A stretch of DNA of 64,000 bases from Geosiphon pyriformis uo1 (lineage: Eukaryota > Fungi > Glomeromycota). A model generated the notes under the pieces. It saw only the letters and a list, made by a program, of their open reading frames with translations, had not been told where the DNA came from and did not search any database. The translations under genes and the position numbers were made by a program. The stretch is taken from contig JAAOMT010000480.1 in NCBI GenBank assembly GCA_016748015.1, forward strand, positions 62,001-126,000, read 5' to 3'. Shown one piece after another: positions 61,150 to 64,000 of the stretch; within the stretch, counting starts at the first letter, position 1, and every line of letters begins with the position of its first letter.

Positions 61150-64000
61150 GTAACCTGATTTGGAGGGTAGCTATGTGTAATGTTCGTGGTATCAACATTT
61201 CTGCTAAGCAAGAGAATGTTGTGCATTGGCATTTTGATTCTGGTAATTTGATCTCAGTAGTTACAGAAACTAAGCTTAGATTTTCTACTAGGTCATGGAT
61301 TGCGGATAAGTTTGATAGGGTAAGAATTTTTTCTTCAGGGTTGGATGTAAATTTTCTTGGTGCTGGCATGACTATTATTATGAACAATTCTTTAATTCAT
61401 CATGTTTCTAAAGTCGAAGAAGTTCCTGGTCATTTTATCTCAGTGCGGCTTCTCTTTAAGGGCAAGCTTTTAGTTTCAGTTTTGGGTCTTTATGCTGGCG
61501 CTTCTGCTGGTATTAGGTTTGGTCAGGCTTCAAAAATCAATTTTTTTATTGCTAAGACTGTAAACTCCAGCATTTTTGTGGTTCTTAGTGGTGACTTTAA
61601 TAAAGACAGCTCTAGAAAGAGTGCGAGTTTTAAATTTTGTTCTGATTTGGGTTTGGTTAATTTGTTTGGGGGACACTCTTTGATTGGGGCTTCTACTTGG
61701 AGCAACTCAAGAGGTGTTGAGAAGGTTATTGATTTTATTTTTGTAAGTGAAGGTCTGTCAGCTGTGATTACTGGTCACAGCGTTGCTTCTGTTCAAGATT
61801 TCTTTAATACAGACTACAAGACTGTTTCAGTTTCAATTGGCTTGAGTGGTTTTCTCAATGCTTGTCTCAATAGTGTTTGTAAGCAAGCTAATAAGGATAG
61901 ATGGAAATTCAGAATCAAGGATGCGGGTATTGACAAGTGATTAGGTTTTTGAGACTGCTCTTTAATTAGATTTCTGAAGTGATTGGGTGAATTCTATGAG
62001 GCTAAGACTAGTGGTAATCTGGATGTTATGTGGGAGATCATTAGGGAGGTGGTAACTAGCTCTGCTGATAAGGTGTTTTTGAGATTTTGGTTTAGTGAAT
62101 TTGAGTGTTCAAGGAATAAACAATCTTCAAAATTCTTCAAGCTGGAGCTTTTGGTGGCTAAATTGATGTGGAACTTGGGTTCTTATCAGGTTTCTAGTGT
62201 AATCAAACTTATTGATGCTTGGTCCAAAATCGATGTTAGTGATGCTGCTGAGGTTTGCGTCATGGTTAACAATAGTGCCAATATTGAGGTGATTCTGCGC
62301 CACTTATCAGGAGTCAGGAAAAAATATCACAAGTCTAAGTACTTTGAATCTAGGGTTGTTAGAGATGCCTTTATTAGGAAGGCTATTGACAAGTGCATAG
62401 AGAATTTTTGTTCTAATAAGGGTTGCATGATCAAGAGTGTCTTGGAGCATCCATTTCAGAAGGTGGTGCTCGACCACCTAATAATTGGGGATAATTTGAT
62501 TCTCAAATCTGGTGAGGTCAAATCCATTGTCGATGGTATTATGGAAGATTGGACGAGGAAACATGTGGTTTCCAATTCTCTGCCTTTTCTTTGGTTGGCT
62601 CAGTATGCCCCTTTGGTTTATGTTGATGATTGTGCATTTTCTGCAGTTATGTGTAACATAAGTTCTGATGAGTTTTTCAAAGTATTTAATGATTTACCTG
62701 ATGGCAAGTCTGCTGAACTTTTTGGTATTCCTAACGAACTTTGGAAGCATGGTGATTTGCAGGTTCTGAGTGGTTTGTTGGACATTCTCAATACATGTCT
62801 TGTGTCTGGTACAGTGCCTAAACAATAGAAGTTGGCTTGGGTATCAATGATTCCAAAGCCATATGACTGGAAAGAAACTCTTACCAATACTCAACCTATT
62901 GCTTTGGTTGAGACTGTTAGGAAGATACTTTCTAAGATTCTGTCAGACAGAATCTCTTTGGCCTGTAGTAGGTTTGATGTTTTGTGTGGCGACAATTTTT
63001 TGGTCTTAAAGGATATGTCTACACAGACTCCTATTTTTGCTATTGGTTCAATAATTGAGGATGCTTTGGAGAAGAATAGAAAGCTTTGGTTGGTTCTTCA
63101 GGATATGCATAAGGCTTATGACTCAGTTGGTTGGTTCTACCTTAAAGCCAGTCTGGCTAGAATCAAGATGTGTCCTTACTTCATTAAGTTTTTTGGAGAT
63201 ATACACAACAATCAGACCAATCAGGTGATAACTGATTTTGGGCTCACTAGTGGATATACTGTTCATGATAGCTTAGATTAGGGTGAGATGTTTTCATTGC
63301 TGTTGTGGAGGATTTTTTATGATCCCTTACTTTGCGAGGTAAAAAGACATGAGCAATTATATGGGTACAGATTGAGTTCAAAATTTTTTACTAAGACTGA
63401 TAAGATGGATGCTCAGGATAGTTTAACTTCATACTTTGCAGCCAGTGCTTTTGTTGATGACACCATTTGGGTTGGTAACTGCTTATTTGCTACACAGAAG
63501 ATATTGGATATTGTGAGCAAGTTTTTCTCAATCAATAACATATCTATTAATACTAGTAAAACGGTTACTATTCCTATCAACCAAAAAGTTAAAGACATGT
63601 CACTTTCTATTAGTAGTTCTAATATCTTAGTTGCGAAAAAGAGGAAATTTCATCAGTACTTGGGAATTTTTATTTCGTCTGATGGTTTGTCCAAACCGAG
63701 CTTGGCCAAAGCCCATTCAGATGTCAGGTTTTTTTCGAATGTGGTTTTGAAGAAGGCCATTACTGAAAAGCAATTTTTGTACTTGGTTTCTGCTGTTTTA
63801 CAGCCTATTGTTTCCTACAGATTTCAGTTTAGTTGTGTTTCGAAAAGTGTCTGTGATAGGTGGAATGTTATGTTGAAAAAAGGCTTGAAGCTTAAAACAA
63901 ACCTGCTTAAGGACTTTCCTAGTGATGCATTGCATTATCCTGAGTTATTTGGTTTGAGAACTTTTGAGCAAGTGCTTACTGAAAATCTTCTGGCTAGTTT
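61146..64000 (+). pseudogene. LINE ORF2 (APE endonuclease + reverse transcriptase), four in-frame stops, incomplete at the window end
   Basis: Endonuclease motifs CNVRG, TETK, GDFN, TW, IDFIF. RT motifs QPIAL, QDMHKAYDSV, (Q)G, AFVDD (63450-63461), YLG. The pieces are in a single frame. Confidence 0.92.

Larger units (their letters stand above)
59161..64000 (+). mobile_element. LINE (non-LTR retrotransposon) copy 4, youngest, 5'-complete, runs off the window
   Basis: The 5' UTR is shared with copy 3. ORF1 has a CCHC knuckle, and ORF2 has an APE endonuclease and RT. Only isolated nonsense mutations are present and CpGs are partly retained. Confidence 0.92.

Overview
Eukaryotic fungal DNA. The early-diverging Glomeromycotina (arbuscular-mycorrhizal/Geosiphon-type) assignment is inferred from the repeat families and gene style, not proven. 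A ~9.7 kb CpG-normal gene island (~17270-26950) holds three intron-containing genes: an Esc1/DevR-like bHLH transcription factor (+), a 12-exon kinesin-3 (Unc104/KIF1A-type, -) and SEM1/DSS1 (+). The rest is nested, C->T/G->A-eroded retroelements. These comprise four LINE copies (endonuclease-RT-RNase H type) and three Ty3/Gypsy LTR families, here named A, B and C. Family A has three full copies plus solo/partial LTRs, family B has one 9.7 kb copy, and family C is seen as LTRs and ends. Most insertions could be delimited to the base by LTR termini, PBS, PPT and 4-bp TSDs. The most interesting signal is a 'complex-retrovirus-like' layout shared by families A and B: (1) one gag-PR-[Cys-rich insert]-(dUTPase in B)-RT-RNaseH frame; (2) a stand-alone integrase ORF with its own ATG behind a non-coding spacer; (3) a ~235-codon non-Env ORF3 reading through the PPT into the 3' LTR; (4) candidate splice acceptors before these downstream ORFs; and (5) family-specific tandem arrays in U3, upstream of the TATA box in A and B. 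All coordinates and counts were read by eye and no searches were run.
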